64,000 nt of DNA from Candidatus Latescibacterota bacterium (GTDB lineage Bacteria; Latescibacterota; UBA2968; UBA8231). Position numbers and translations under genes: made by a program. A model generated the notes under the pieces. That model worked only from the letters and a program-made list of their open reading frames with translations. It did not search any database and was not told the origin of the DNA. The DNA lies in assembly GCA_965200315.1 (NCBI GenBank), contig OZ241362.1, positions 320,001 through 384,000 of the forward strand. Reading direction: 5' to 3'. Positions 57,501-64,000 of this stretch are shown piece by piece (position 1 is the stretch's first letter; each line of letters begins with the position of its first letter).

Positions 57501-57799
57501 TCCTCGGCGCAGCGGGATTCGGCTTGACCGCATATTTCACGCTGGCCTTTATGGGAATGCCGATTTTTCTCATCTGGGGATACGTCCAGAGCGTCAACGG
57601 CATTCCGCATGGTCTCATTCCGCAAATCATCGGTGCCTTGATCGCCCGACACTACTTCTGGAAGCGATACGGCATGCAGGAATGGCGGCGCTACGCCATG
57701 GTTCTGAGCGTGGGCTTCGGGGTTGGCATGTCGCTGATCGGCATGTTTAGTGCCGCTTTGGAGATGATCAATAAGGCCGTTTCTTCTCTAGCCTATTGA
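54566..57799 (+). CDS. OPT-like membrane protein with large extracytoplasmic insertion (Fn3-like, 2x PDZ, DxDGDG repeats)
   Basis: FDEGFTIRT, AAAQWVTVILF.EVAKRS, E.LPFP.AP, PIPSESYPYAQ.MW, YFWKRYG...WRRYA.VL..GF..GMSL.GM; ATG overlaps the upstream stop. Confidence 0.82.
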   Translation: MMEAFFQRLSASFQQLFDRKQKKERQWAEVEEYRALLEAPEPNRFDEGFTIRTIIGVFFISLIMTPGEMFLGLYTGGGVGAAAQWVTVILFLEVAKRSFTSLKRQEIYLLVYVASALVSREEGAFLDLLWRQYFVTSAEAEQFGISHRLPSWWVPGPDSEAIAERTFIHRDWLIPILLLVVGTIMGRIAWFTSGYMLFRLTSDREQLPFPTAPMSALSSMALAEDSGAERETWKWPVFSIGAVIGASFGAIYVGVPVVTHLWGSKVEILPIPFWDLTPYFGNILPATPLGVVVHLGPIFAGMLMPFWLVVGSFSGVMLHTAVSPFLYELGYLPRWEVGMDTIRTGIVTSIDFWQAFSIGITIAVTIVSFYQLFSTGREKRAELREKLQLEKADQSTVCQHSDCHRPAEVRGYCLKHLGRGDFNMWVCASLFCVAAIYPIVLAKVLFPTLVSTGLLVLFVLIAFVYAPIMSFVSARLDGLIGENVSIPHVENAIRFMTGFRGVEIWFVPFPTRNFGGNAERFRIVELVGMKFTSLLKAELFMLPIVLGVSLMYWTFLWRLGPIPSESYPYAQVMWPRQAFEQALIYSATMYSKMWRAGGELEGDIVPNGQVVWSPSNLEDGRWWYWRVSTTRDLEVPDPVKRDYEPWSQTGYFYTDFSGGDAPPPPEAALRIDAEAGTPSDGPQLLWPPNGAAIDTPNPNFRAAINLAPGDSVDFYFEIDRLPSFDGEALQRSSDMPLLFEVLWQDMRFTGNRKDDDGDLNIAALVESVDPEGLGGQLGLADGDRLRAINGVELRVPQWDTERIDRYFTQGADSVFAAWERDEKTMRRAVVRRSGEALGLEFAADTSFVESWTEYDAVRVTTVAEAGLGHRLGLQAGDHLMTINGQSIEQDTWRSEKVRTAFAAVVEETATTVLVEWERDGDRLQGLVADASSLPLGLTYRAGAIEGIDEELVNNRDDDGDGLIDEDTDHPLGGRKWPIILGAAGFGLTAYFTLAFMGMPIFLIWGYVQSVNGIPHGLIPQIIGALIARHYFWKRYGMQEWRRYAMVLSVGFGVGMSLIGMFSAALEMINKAVSSLAY

Positions 57800-57841
57800 G
57801 GGGGTGGATAAGGTCTATTAGCCCTTGTATCTCCGCCATTT

Positions 57842-58162
57842 ATGGACTTACTTACGCGCATATTCCGCGTCGTGCGGGCGCACACTGCTTCTAGCAAGCC
57901 GAGCGACGCCTACGAACACTGGCAGCCCCCGCCGCCGCCTGAGCCTGCCGAAGACCAAGTACTCGCCGGATACTACGCCAATCTGGAACTCCCATACGGG
58001 GCGAATCTGGAAGAGGTGAAGGCCGCGTGGAAGCGGCTGATGAAACAGTACCACCCCGACCGCCACGCACAGGATCCGGCCAAGCGCGAGGTGGCCAACG
58101 CGCTGTGCGCCCAGTTGACGCACGCCTATAAAGAGTTGGAAAAGTCTCTGACGACCCACTAA
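57842..58162 (+). CDS. Small J-domain (DnaJ-like) protein
   Basis: YYANLEL...A..EEVKAAWKRLMKQYHPDRH...LTHAY. Confidence 0.9.
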   Translation: MDLLTRIFRVVRAHTASSKPSDAYEHWQPPPPPEPAEDQVLAGYYANLELPYGANLEEVKAAWKRLMKQYHPDRHAQDPAKREVANALCAQLTHAYKELEKSLTTH

Positions 58163-58180
58163 ACTAGCTGGAGGAAGCTT

Positions 58181-58576
58181 ATGGCTGATTTTGCCACCGT
58201 AAAGGAGTACGTTCTCGAATTGGGCTTTGCCATTGCCGAGGAGATTCCCGAAGAAGAAATCATCATTGTCAACGACGAGGAGCGAGGGGTACAAAACCTA
58301 GTCATTGATTGCGAGGAGGATACAGTCTTGGTGATTGAGCAGCTCATCATCGAGGTCGCGGCTGGAGCTACCGAGGCGTATAAGCGGATTTTGCAGATGA
58401 ACCGCGACTTGGTCTTTGGTGCCTTCGTCCTCAACGAAGAGGGCGATTCGCTGCTCTATCGCAACACGCTGGCGCTGGAGAATTTGGACTTAAACGAACT
58501 GGAGAGCACCATCAACTCCCTCGGTCTCGGCTTGGCTGAGCACGGGGAGGAATTACTAGGATTTGCCGCCAAATAG
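58181..58576 (+). CDS. YbjN/CesT-like chaperone-fold protein (YjfI-like)
   Basis: Acidic 131-aa protein, LQMNRDLVFGAFVL, YRNTLALENLDLNELE; sits immediately before pspA. Confidence 0.78.
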   Translation: MADFATVKEYVLELGFAIAEEIPEEEIIIVNDEERGVQNLVIDCEEDTVLVIEQLIIEVAAGATEAYKRILQMNRDLVFGAFVLNEEGDSLLYRNTLALENLDLNELESTINSLGLGLAEHGEELLGFAAK

Positions 58577-58587
58577 GAGGATAGGAT

Positions 58588-59298
58588 ATGGCAGGTTTAT
58601 TTCAACGCTTGTTTAAAACCGGTCAGGCCGAGGCCCACGCCATGGTGGATAAGCTCGAAGACCCGATCAAGATGAGCGAGCAAGCGATCCGCGACTTAAA
58701 AAAGGACTTGCAGGAAAGTCTCAAGGCTCTGGCCGAGGTCAAGGCGATTTCCATCAGGCTCAGCCGCGAGTCCGAAGACCACCGCCGGCGCGCCGAAGAC
58801 TACGAGCGCAAGGCCATGCTGCTGTTGCAAAAGGCCGAATCTGGTCAGATAGAGGAGGCTGAAGCCGACCGCTTGGCGCGCGAATCCTTGACCCGCGTCG
58901 AAGAGGCCCAGAGTCGGCACTCAGAAGCCTCCCAACAGGCCCAAGCCCAACAGGCGATGGCCGACAAGCTACAGAGCAATGTCAACGATCTGAAGTCGAA
59001 AATCGCCTCGTACGAAAACGATCTAGTAACTCTCAAGGCGCGCACCAAGACCGCCAACGCTACCCGCAAAATCAACCAGCACTTGGCCAACATCGACTCC
59101 AAGGGGACCACGGCCCTGCTCGAACGGATGAAGGAAAAGACCGAAGAGCAGGAAGCCCTCGCCGAAGCCTATGGCGATATGGGAGACGCGGCGACGAGCG
59201 TTGACGACGAGATCAACAAGGCCCTCGCCGACAGCAAGGGAGCCAAAGTCGACGATTCCCTGGCCCAACTCAAGGCCAGAATGAAGACAGCAAAATAA
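58588..59298 (+). CDS. pspA: PspA/IM30 family protein (YjfJ-like)
   Basis: MAGLFQRLF amphipathic helix, DKLEDPIKMSEQAIRDL, long coiled coil, ERMKEK...EALAEAY, terminal LAQLKARM. Confidence 0.93.
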   Translation: MAGLFQRLFKTGQAEAHAMVDKLEDPIKMSEQAIRDLKKDLQESLKALAEVKAISIRLSRESEDHRRRAEDYERKAMLLLQKAESGQIEEAEADRLARESLTRVEEAQSRHSEASQQAQAQQAMADKLQSNVNDLKSKIASYENDLVTLKARTKTANATRKINQHLANIDSKGTTALLERMKEKTEEQEALAEAYGDMGDAATSVDDEINKALADSKGAKVDDSLAQLKARMKTAK

Positions 59299-59321
59299 GG
59301 GTTGCCGCCCGTGCCCATGGG

Positions 59322-60971
59322 ATGAAATCCCTTAGCCGCAGGCAATTTTTCGGCGCATTCGCCGCCGCTGGTAGCTGGGTCGCTTGGAGTGGTTGCTCGT
59401 CTGACCAGCCGCCGCGGCCGGTCCCTGGGCGGATCGTCAACGAGGGGCCTCCGAGTGGACACCTGCTGCGCGATGTGCATTCTTGGGCAGACTTTGCCGC
59501 GGCTGAGCCCGCGTGCGATGTCGCCATTGTCGGCGGTGGGATATCCGGCTTGGCGGCGGCGTGGAAGTTGCGTCGGTCGGGGGTGGAGCGAATCCTCCTC
59601 CTCGACCTCGACGACCAGCTAGGGGGCACCAGTCGCAGTGGGCACTGGGGCGACCAAGTATTCCCTTGGGGCGCTCACTACATCAACATCCCTCCCGCCG
59701 AAGCCGACTGCATCCACGAAATACTGCAAGATCTAGGCGTCATCGACGGCTACGACGCGGCGAATAAGCCGCTGGCCGCCGCTGGGGCGATGCTGCGCTG
59801 GCCGCACGAGCGGCTCTTCTATCGGGGTCGCTGGGTCGCTGGGCTGGACCCGTTTGTCGACGCATCGGGCCGGGAGCGCGAAGCGTTGTTGCGCTTTGAA
59901 GACGAGATGCTGCGCTGGGCCTTGCATCGCGGCCGGGACGGGCGTCGGGCCTTTGCCATGCCTTTGCGCTACAGCACGAGCGATGTCAGGGTGCGGCGTT
60001 TGGACCAGATCAGTATGGCCCAGTACCTCCGCGAGGAAGGCTGGCACGACGACCGGCTGCGCTGGTTGGTCGATTACGCCTGCCGCGACGACTACGGCAG
60101 CACGGCCGCCCAAGTCTCGGCTTGGGCCGGGATTCACTACTATGCCTGTCGGTTTTATGACTACCGATTACACGAATCGTATCCAGCGCACACGCTGACG
60201 TGGCCCGAGGGCAATGGGTACCTAGTTCAGCAACTCGCTAATAGGCTGGGGGAAAACGAGATAAAGCGACAAGCTCTAGTGGCTCGTCTAGCCGAAGAGC
60301 GGGCACAGGTGCGGTTGGGATACGTCGACTTGGCCACCGGGGAAAAGCGGCAACTGACCGCCCGAGCGGTGGTGTACGCCGGCAAGCTCCACACGGCTCC
60401 TTATGCGATTGCAGACTTGCCGGATGCACAAGCTAAAGCCATGGCGGCCATTGAGTATAGCCCTTGGCTGGTAGCGGCGATTTTCCTCAAAGAACCGCTC
60501 GCTGCCCATCAGACCACTTGGGACAATGTCTTGTACGATAGCCCGTCGCTGGGCTACGTGGTCGCCGACCATCAGCAGGGCGGTGGCCGCGTGTTGATGT
60601 ACTATTGGCCCTTTGTCGATAAACTTGCGGACGCCCGGCAGACCTTGCTCGCGCAGGACCATTCATTCTGGACCAAGCAGATCATGGTCGATTTGCGCCG
60701 AGTTCACCCTGAGCTAGACGACCTCATAGAGCGTGTCGATCTATATCGCTGGGGGCACGGGATGATGCGGCCTAGTCCTCGGTCGCTGTGGGGGCCGACG
60801 GCTGCTTGGCGACAGCAGCCCATGGAGCGGATATTTTTTGCCTCGTGCGATGCCACGGGGCTGCCCCTGTGCGAAGAAGCGATCTTTGCCGGTATGCTGG
60901 CGGCGGAGCAGGCCATGGACTGTCTCGGCGTGGCGTATTCCTCCTCGCTGGGAGGGCTTGCGGATGCCTAG
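59322..60971 (+). CDS. Tat-exported FAD-dependent amine-oxidase-like protein
   Basis: SRRQFF twin-arginine motif and WSGC lipobox; VGGGISGLAAAW, PWGAHY, YACRDDYG, SAWAGIHYY, RWGHGM, CEEAI. Confidence 0.87.
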   Translation: MKSLSRRQFFGAFAAAGSWVAWSGCSSDQPPRPVPGRIVNEGPPSGHLLRDVHSWADFAAAEPACDVAIVGGGISGLAAAWKLRRSGVERILLLDLDDQLGGTSRSGHWGDQVFPWGAHYINIPPAEADCIHEILQDLGVIDGYDAANKPLAAAGAMLRWPHERLFYRGRWVAGLDPFVDASGREREALLRFEDEMLRWALHRGRDGRRAFAMPLRYSTSDVRVRRLDQISMAQYLREEGWHDDRLRWLVDYACRDDYGSTAAQVSAWAGIHYYACRFYDYRLHESYPAHTLTWPEGNGYLVQQLANRLGENEIKRQALVARLAEERAQVRLGYVDLATGEKRQLTARAVVYAGKLHTAPYAIADLPDAQAKAMAAIEYSPWLVAAIFLKEPLAAHQTTWDNVLYDSPSLGYVVADHQQGGGRVLMYYWPFVDKLADARQTLLAQDHSFWTKQIMVDLRRVHPELDDLIERVDLYRWGHGMMRPSPRSLWGPTAAWRQQPMERIFFASCDATGLPLCEEAIFAGMLAAEQAMDCLGVAYSSSLGGLADA

Positions 60972-62484
60972 GCTGGGTGCGCTGTTTTTGCTGGTGGCCA
61001 TTTTCTCGGCCGCAGTCTGTGCCATCGTCTATCAGCTCCTCATCGGCAGTGTGTCTTCCTACTTCCTCGGCAATAGCGTCGAGCAGTTTTCCCTGACGAT
61101 CGGCTTTTTCCTCGCCGCGATGGGGCTTGGCTCTTGGCTTTCGCGCTTTGTCGCCGACGACTTGCTGTTGACGCGACTGGCCCAGCTAGAGATTTGGCTG
61201 GGTTTTTTGGGTGGGCTTTCGGTTGGCGTACTCTACGTGCTCTATGGATACACCGACCACTTTAGGGCTGGCATGTTGGCATTGAGCACGGCGATTGGAG
61301 CATTGATCGGCCTAGAAGTGCCGCTGATCACCCGACTTCTGCGCGGGCACGGTACGCTGCGCGCGGCGCTGTCTAATGTTTTATCCCTCGATTATTTAGG
61401 GGCTTTGTTGGCTTCGTTGCTCTTCCCGTACATCCTGTTGCCCTTCCTCGGCAGCCTGCACACGGCGTTGGTCGCCGGCTTGATCAACGCCGGCCTTGGC
61501 CTCGGCGTGGTGCTTGCGTTTAAGGAGGTGTTGCGAGCGCAGCGCGCCTTCCACTGGCTAGGGGCGCAAGCAGTTGCTGTTATTGCCGTGCTAGGGGCGT
61601 TGGCGTGGCAGGGAGAGGGGTTGCGGGCGCGGTGGGAAAGCGACCTCTACGCAGATCGCATCGTCCACAGCGAGCAATCGACCTACCAGCAAATCGTCCT
61701 GACCCGGCGCGACGAACACCTGCGGCTCTATCTCAATAGCCACTTGCAATTCGCCTCCATTGACGAGCACCGCTATCACGAGGCCCTAGTCCATCCGGCT
61801 ATGGCACTGGCTCCCTCCCGCGAAAGGGTGCTCATCATAGGGGGAGGGGATGGCCTAACGGCGCGGGAAGTGCTCAAATACGAGGAGGTCCAGCACGTCG
61901 ATTTAGTCGATCTCGACCCGGCAGTGACCCGGTTGGCCCAGCGCAACATCTACCTGACGCGGCTCAACGACAACGCCTTGAATCGCCGTCAAGTCCGCGT
62001 GGTCAACGAAGATGGCTTTGTCTTTTTGCAGCGCGAGCACGTGCCGTATGGCGCGATACTAATCGACTTGCCTGACCCTCGCGAGGAGAGCTTGGCCAAG
62101 CTTTATTCGGTCGAGGCCTATAGACTGTGCCGCAAGCTGCTCAGCCCACAAGGCGTCTTGGCGACTCAAGCTTCTAGCCCGTACCACGTCCGCGAGGTGT
62201 ACTGGAGCATTGCTGCCGCCTTGGAGGAAGCTGGCTTTACCGTCCATTCCTATCACTTGCACGTGCCCTCTTTTGGCGAGTGGGGGTTCCACTTGGCGGG
62301 ATCCGCCGGGCTGGATCCGACGGCAGTCGCCTTTGCCGTTCCCACGCGCTATATCGACCGCCAAGTATGGGGGGGCCTCTCGGTGTTCGACGGCGATATG
62401 GCCCGCTTGCCCGTGCAGGCCAACCGACTTGATAGGCCGGTGTTGGCGCGTTATTATCGACAGGGTTGGGACACTCAGTTTTGA
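60964..62484 (+). CDS. speE: Membrane-bound polyamine aminopropyltransferase (spermidine synthase family)
   Basis: N-terminal TM domain (YQLLIG..SSY..G.S..QFS, GLEVPL, DYLGAL); QFASIDEHRYHEALVHP, IIGGGDG, VDLD, IDLPDP, VPSFGEWGF. Confidence 0.92.
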   Translation: MPRLGALFLLVAIFSAAVCAIVYQLLIGSVSSYFLGNSVEQFSLTIGFFLAAMGLGSWLSRFVADDLLLTRLAQLEIWLGFLGGLSVGVLYVLYGYTDHFRAGMLALSTAIGALIGLEVPLITRLLRGHGTLRAALSNVLSLDYLGALLASLLFPYILLPFLGSLHTALVAGLINAGLGLGVVLAFKEVLRAQRAFHWLGAQAVAVIAVLGALAWQGEGLRARWESDLYADRIVHSEQSTYQQIVLTRRDEHLRLYLNSHLQFASIDEHRYHEALVHPAMALAPSRERVLIIGGGDGLTAREVLKYEEVQHVDLVDLDPAVTRLAQRNIYLTRLNDNALNRRQVRVVNEDGFVFLQREHVPYGAILIDLPDPREESLAKLYSVEAYRLCRKLLSPQGVLATQASSPYHVREVYWSIAAALEEAGFTVHSYHLHVPSFGEWGFHLAGSAGLDPTAVAFAVPTRYIDRQVWGGLSVFDGDMARLPVQANRLDRPVLARYYRQGWDTQF

Positions 62485-62497
62485 AAGGACATGCCAG

Positions 62498-63046
62498 ATG
62501 GGTTTAAGGAAATGGTTCAGTGGTCGCCAAGACGAGGAAGAACCGACCTATCAGGAGTATTCACTCAGCACCATGAAGGTGGGCTTTCTAGTCGATTACG
62601 ACCTCAAAACGTGGCAAGTTACAGGCCGTGGAAGCTATGACTACGAAGGCTATACTACAGAGGAATGGGAATTGCAGGCCGATGGTCAGGTGTGCTTCCT
62701 CGAGTGCGCTATAGAAGACGGCAAAGCCTATTGGACCCTGACGCGGGCGATTGGCATTGACGAAATCGAAGGCGATATTGCGGCGGTGATCATCGCCGAC
62801 GGCGACCCGCCTGAAACTGTACGGTTTGAGGGTGATGAATACGTGGGGAGCACGAGCGATGCGGGCCTGTACCGCAAAGACGGCACCGAGGCGGAGCGCG
62901 AATTTGTCAACTGGTCGTTTGAAGGAGAAGAAGGCAAGGTGCTTTTTATCAGCCAGTGGGGCGAGCGCGACTTTGCCGCGTACGCAGGCTTGGAGGTAGA
63001 AGAATACCAATTCACCGACATCTTGCCGGTGGAGGAGGGCACTTGA
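62498..63046 (+). CDS. DUF4178-type protein (YjfK-like)
   Basis: Acidic beta-rich protein, MKVGFLVDY...WQV......Y......EW.L, PPETVRFEG..Y, ISQW; position in the PspA operon supports the call. Confidence 0.72.
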   Translation: MGLRKWFSGRQDEEEPTYQEYSLSTMKVGFLVDYDLKTWQVTGRGSYDYEGYTTEEWELQADGQVCFLECAIEDGKAYWTLTRAIGIDEIEGDIAAVIIADGDPPETVRFEGDEYVGSTSDAGLYRKDGTEAEREFVNWSFEGEEGKVLFISQWGERDFAAYAGLEVEEYQFTDILPVEEGT

Positions 63047-63047
63047 A

Positions 63048-63752
63048 ATGGCTTGGCGCGTTGCGGCCTTGGCGTTGTGGGGCCTGATTGCCTGTGGGTC
63101 AAAAGACCCGGTGCGCGAATTGGTGCGCGACTTAGATCGCTATCCCGAGTACTCCCTGATCGTCGATGATACCCGCATCGAAGATCCCTCATTTTTTCCC
63201 GACTATTTCCTTCGCTTTCAGGTGTTGACCGCTGCGGGACAGCGCGTCGCCGGCCGCGATACCATCGTCTATCAGGAGCGCCGCACTGATTGGATGGAAG
63301 TCCGCGAAGAGACCTTCTACCGCTACAACAACTACGTCGGCATGGTCGTGGCCTCCAAGTCGCTGGACGGTCGCCGCACCGGTACCAATCAAGCGCACCC
63401 GCCCGGCTACCAATACGTCGGCAATCCCCAGTACGGGTTTTGGGGAGGCGGTGGATTTTGGCAATTTTACGGCCAGTACGCGCTGATGCGCGACTTAATG
63501 GGAGGATGGGGTGTTGGCCGCGGCGATTGGGAGGACTATCGCCGCAATCGGGAAAGGGGACGCCCGTACTACGGGCCGGTAAAAGGGGGGCGGCCCACCT
63601 TTGGGTCGCGCGGTTCGCAAACCCAAAAGACGCGACCGCAATTCTACCAACGCCAGCAAAGCCGCCGCCAAGCCTTTAGCGGCCAAGTCAAAAACCGCAT
63701 GGGCCGCACCACCTCTGGGTGGGGAGGCGGGTCCTCGCGCTTTGGAAAATAG
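63048..63752 (+). CDS. Lipoprotein with Gly/Arg/Ser-rich low-complexity tail
   Basis: Lipobox LIAC; PPGYQYVGNPQYG.W, FWQFYGQYA; tail ends GWGGGSSRFGK. Confidence 0.8.
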   Translation: MAWRVAALALWGLIACGSKDPVRELVRDLDRYPEYSLIVDDTRIEDPSFFPDYFLRFQVLTAAGQRVAGRDTIVYQERRTDWMEVREETFYRYNNYVGMVVASKSLDGRRTGTNQAHPPGYQYVGNPQYGFWGGGGFWQFYGQYALMRDLMGGWGVGRGDWEDYRRNRERGRPYYGPVKGGRPTFGSRGSQTQKTRPQFYQRQQSRRQAFSGQVKNRMGRTTSGWGGGSSRFGK

Positions 63753-63762
63753 GGGGAATGCA

Positions 63763-64000
63763 GTGGATATTCTAATGACGATGGCTCAGACCTTAGTCTA
63801 TCTCTTAGAGGCTTTCGTCCTGCTCTTTGTCGCCAAGCAGGTCTATGCCCGGGTTTTTCGCCGGGTCAATCTCAAAGACGAGCTCTACGGCCGCAACAAT
63901 CACGCGCTGGCCGTTGCGGTGGGAGGCTATTTCTTTGGGATTTGCTTGGCGTTGGGGGGGGCGTTGAGCGGCCCTTCGCTGGGTTGGCAAGATCCAGAGG
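63763..64000 (+). CDS. DUF350 (YjfL-like) membrane protein, 3'-truncated by window edge
   Basis: My translation: (V)DILMTMAQTLVYLLEAFVLLFVAKQVYARVFRRVNLKDELYGRNNHALAVAVGGYFFGICLALGGAL...; the L..EL...N.A.A...G pattern is the DUF350 signature. Confidence 0.8.
   Translation, partial: MDILMTMAQTLVYLLEAFVLLFVAKQVYARVFRRVNLKDELYGRNNHALAVAVGGYFFGICLALGGALSGPSLGWQDPE

Noticed and set aside
1-64000. CRISPR arrays, rRNA, intact IS elements, toxin-antitoxin or complete defence systems
   Set aside because: None seen by eye; only the MmeI-like and ISAs1 fragments were found. Short or degenerate elements could have been missed without computation.

Overview
GC-rich bacterial chromosomal window with about 55 tightly packed CDS and one tRNA-Asn(GTT). 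I saw no prophage, CRISPR array or intact mobile element. The gene mix (rny, short region-1.1-less RpoD-type sigma factor, sulfatase, GT-C/TPR proteins, DUF6785-type transporter) suggests an FCB-related lineage such as Latescibacterota; this is inference. Recognisable housekeeping genes: rny, dxr, queD, fadN-like, msrAB, korAB, hemE, ftsH, gdhA, an E2 acyltransferase, xdhC and a mocA-like gene. The most striking region is a co-oriented block from 48013 to the window end. Its first part is a three-gene membrane module: a DUF6785-type OPT-like protein, a 1467-aa fusion of a nicastrin/nicalin-like metal-ligand-deficient M28 domain with an FtsX/MacB-type permease, and an OPT-like protein carrying a zinc finger, a permuted Fn3-like domain and two PDZ domains. 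No ATPase gene is adjacent, and an intact metallopeptidase is transcribed divergently. Its second part is a J-domain/YbjN/PspA/amine-oxidase/SpeE/DUF4178/lipoprotein/DUF350 envelope-polyamine operon. Also notable: several intact apparent pseudo-enzymes (degenerate UvrA, GH-like TIM barrel, variant LarA), an excisionase-type HTH protein with a QLSLF clamp-binding motif, and two remnants (an MmeI-like methyltransferase fragment and an ISAs1 fragment bracketed by 10-bp direct repeats). All family assignments come from motif recognition by eye and have not been confirmed by database search.
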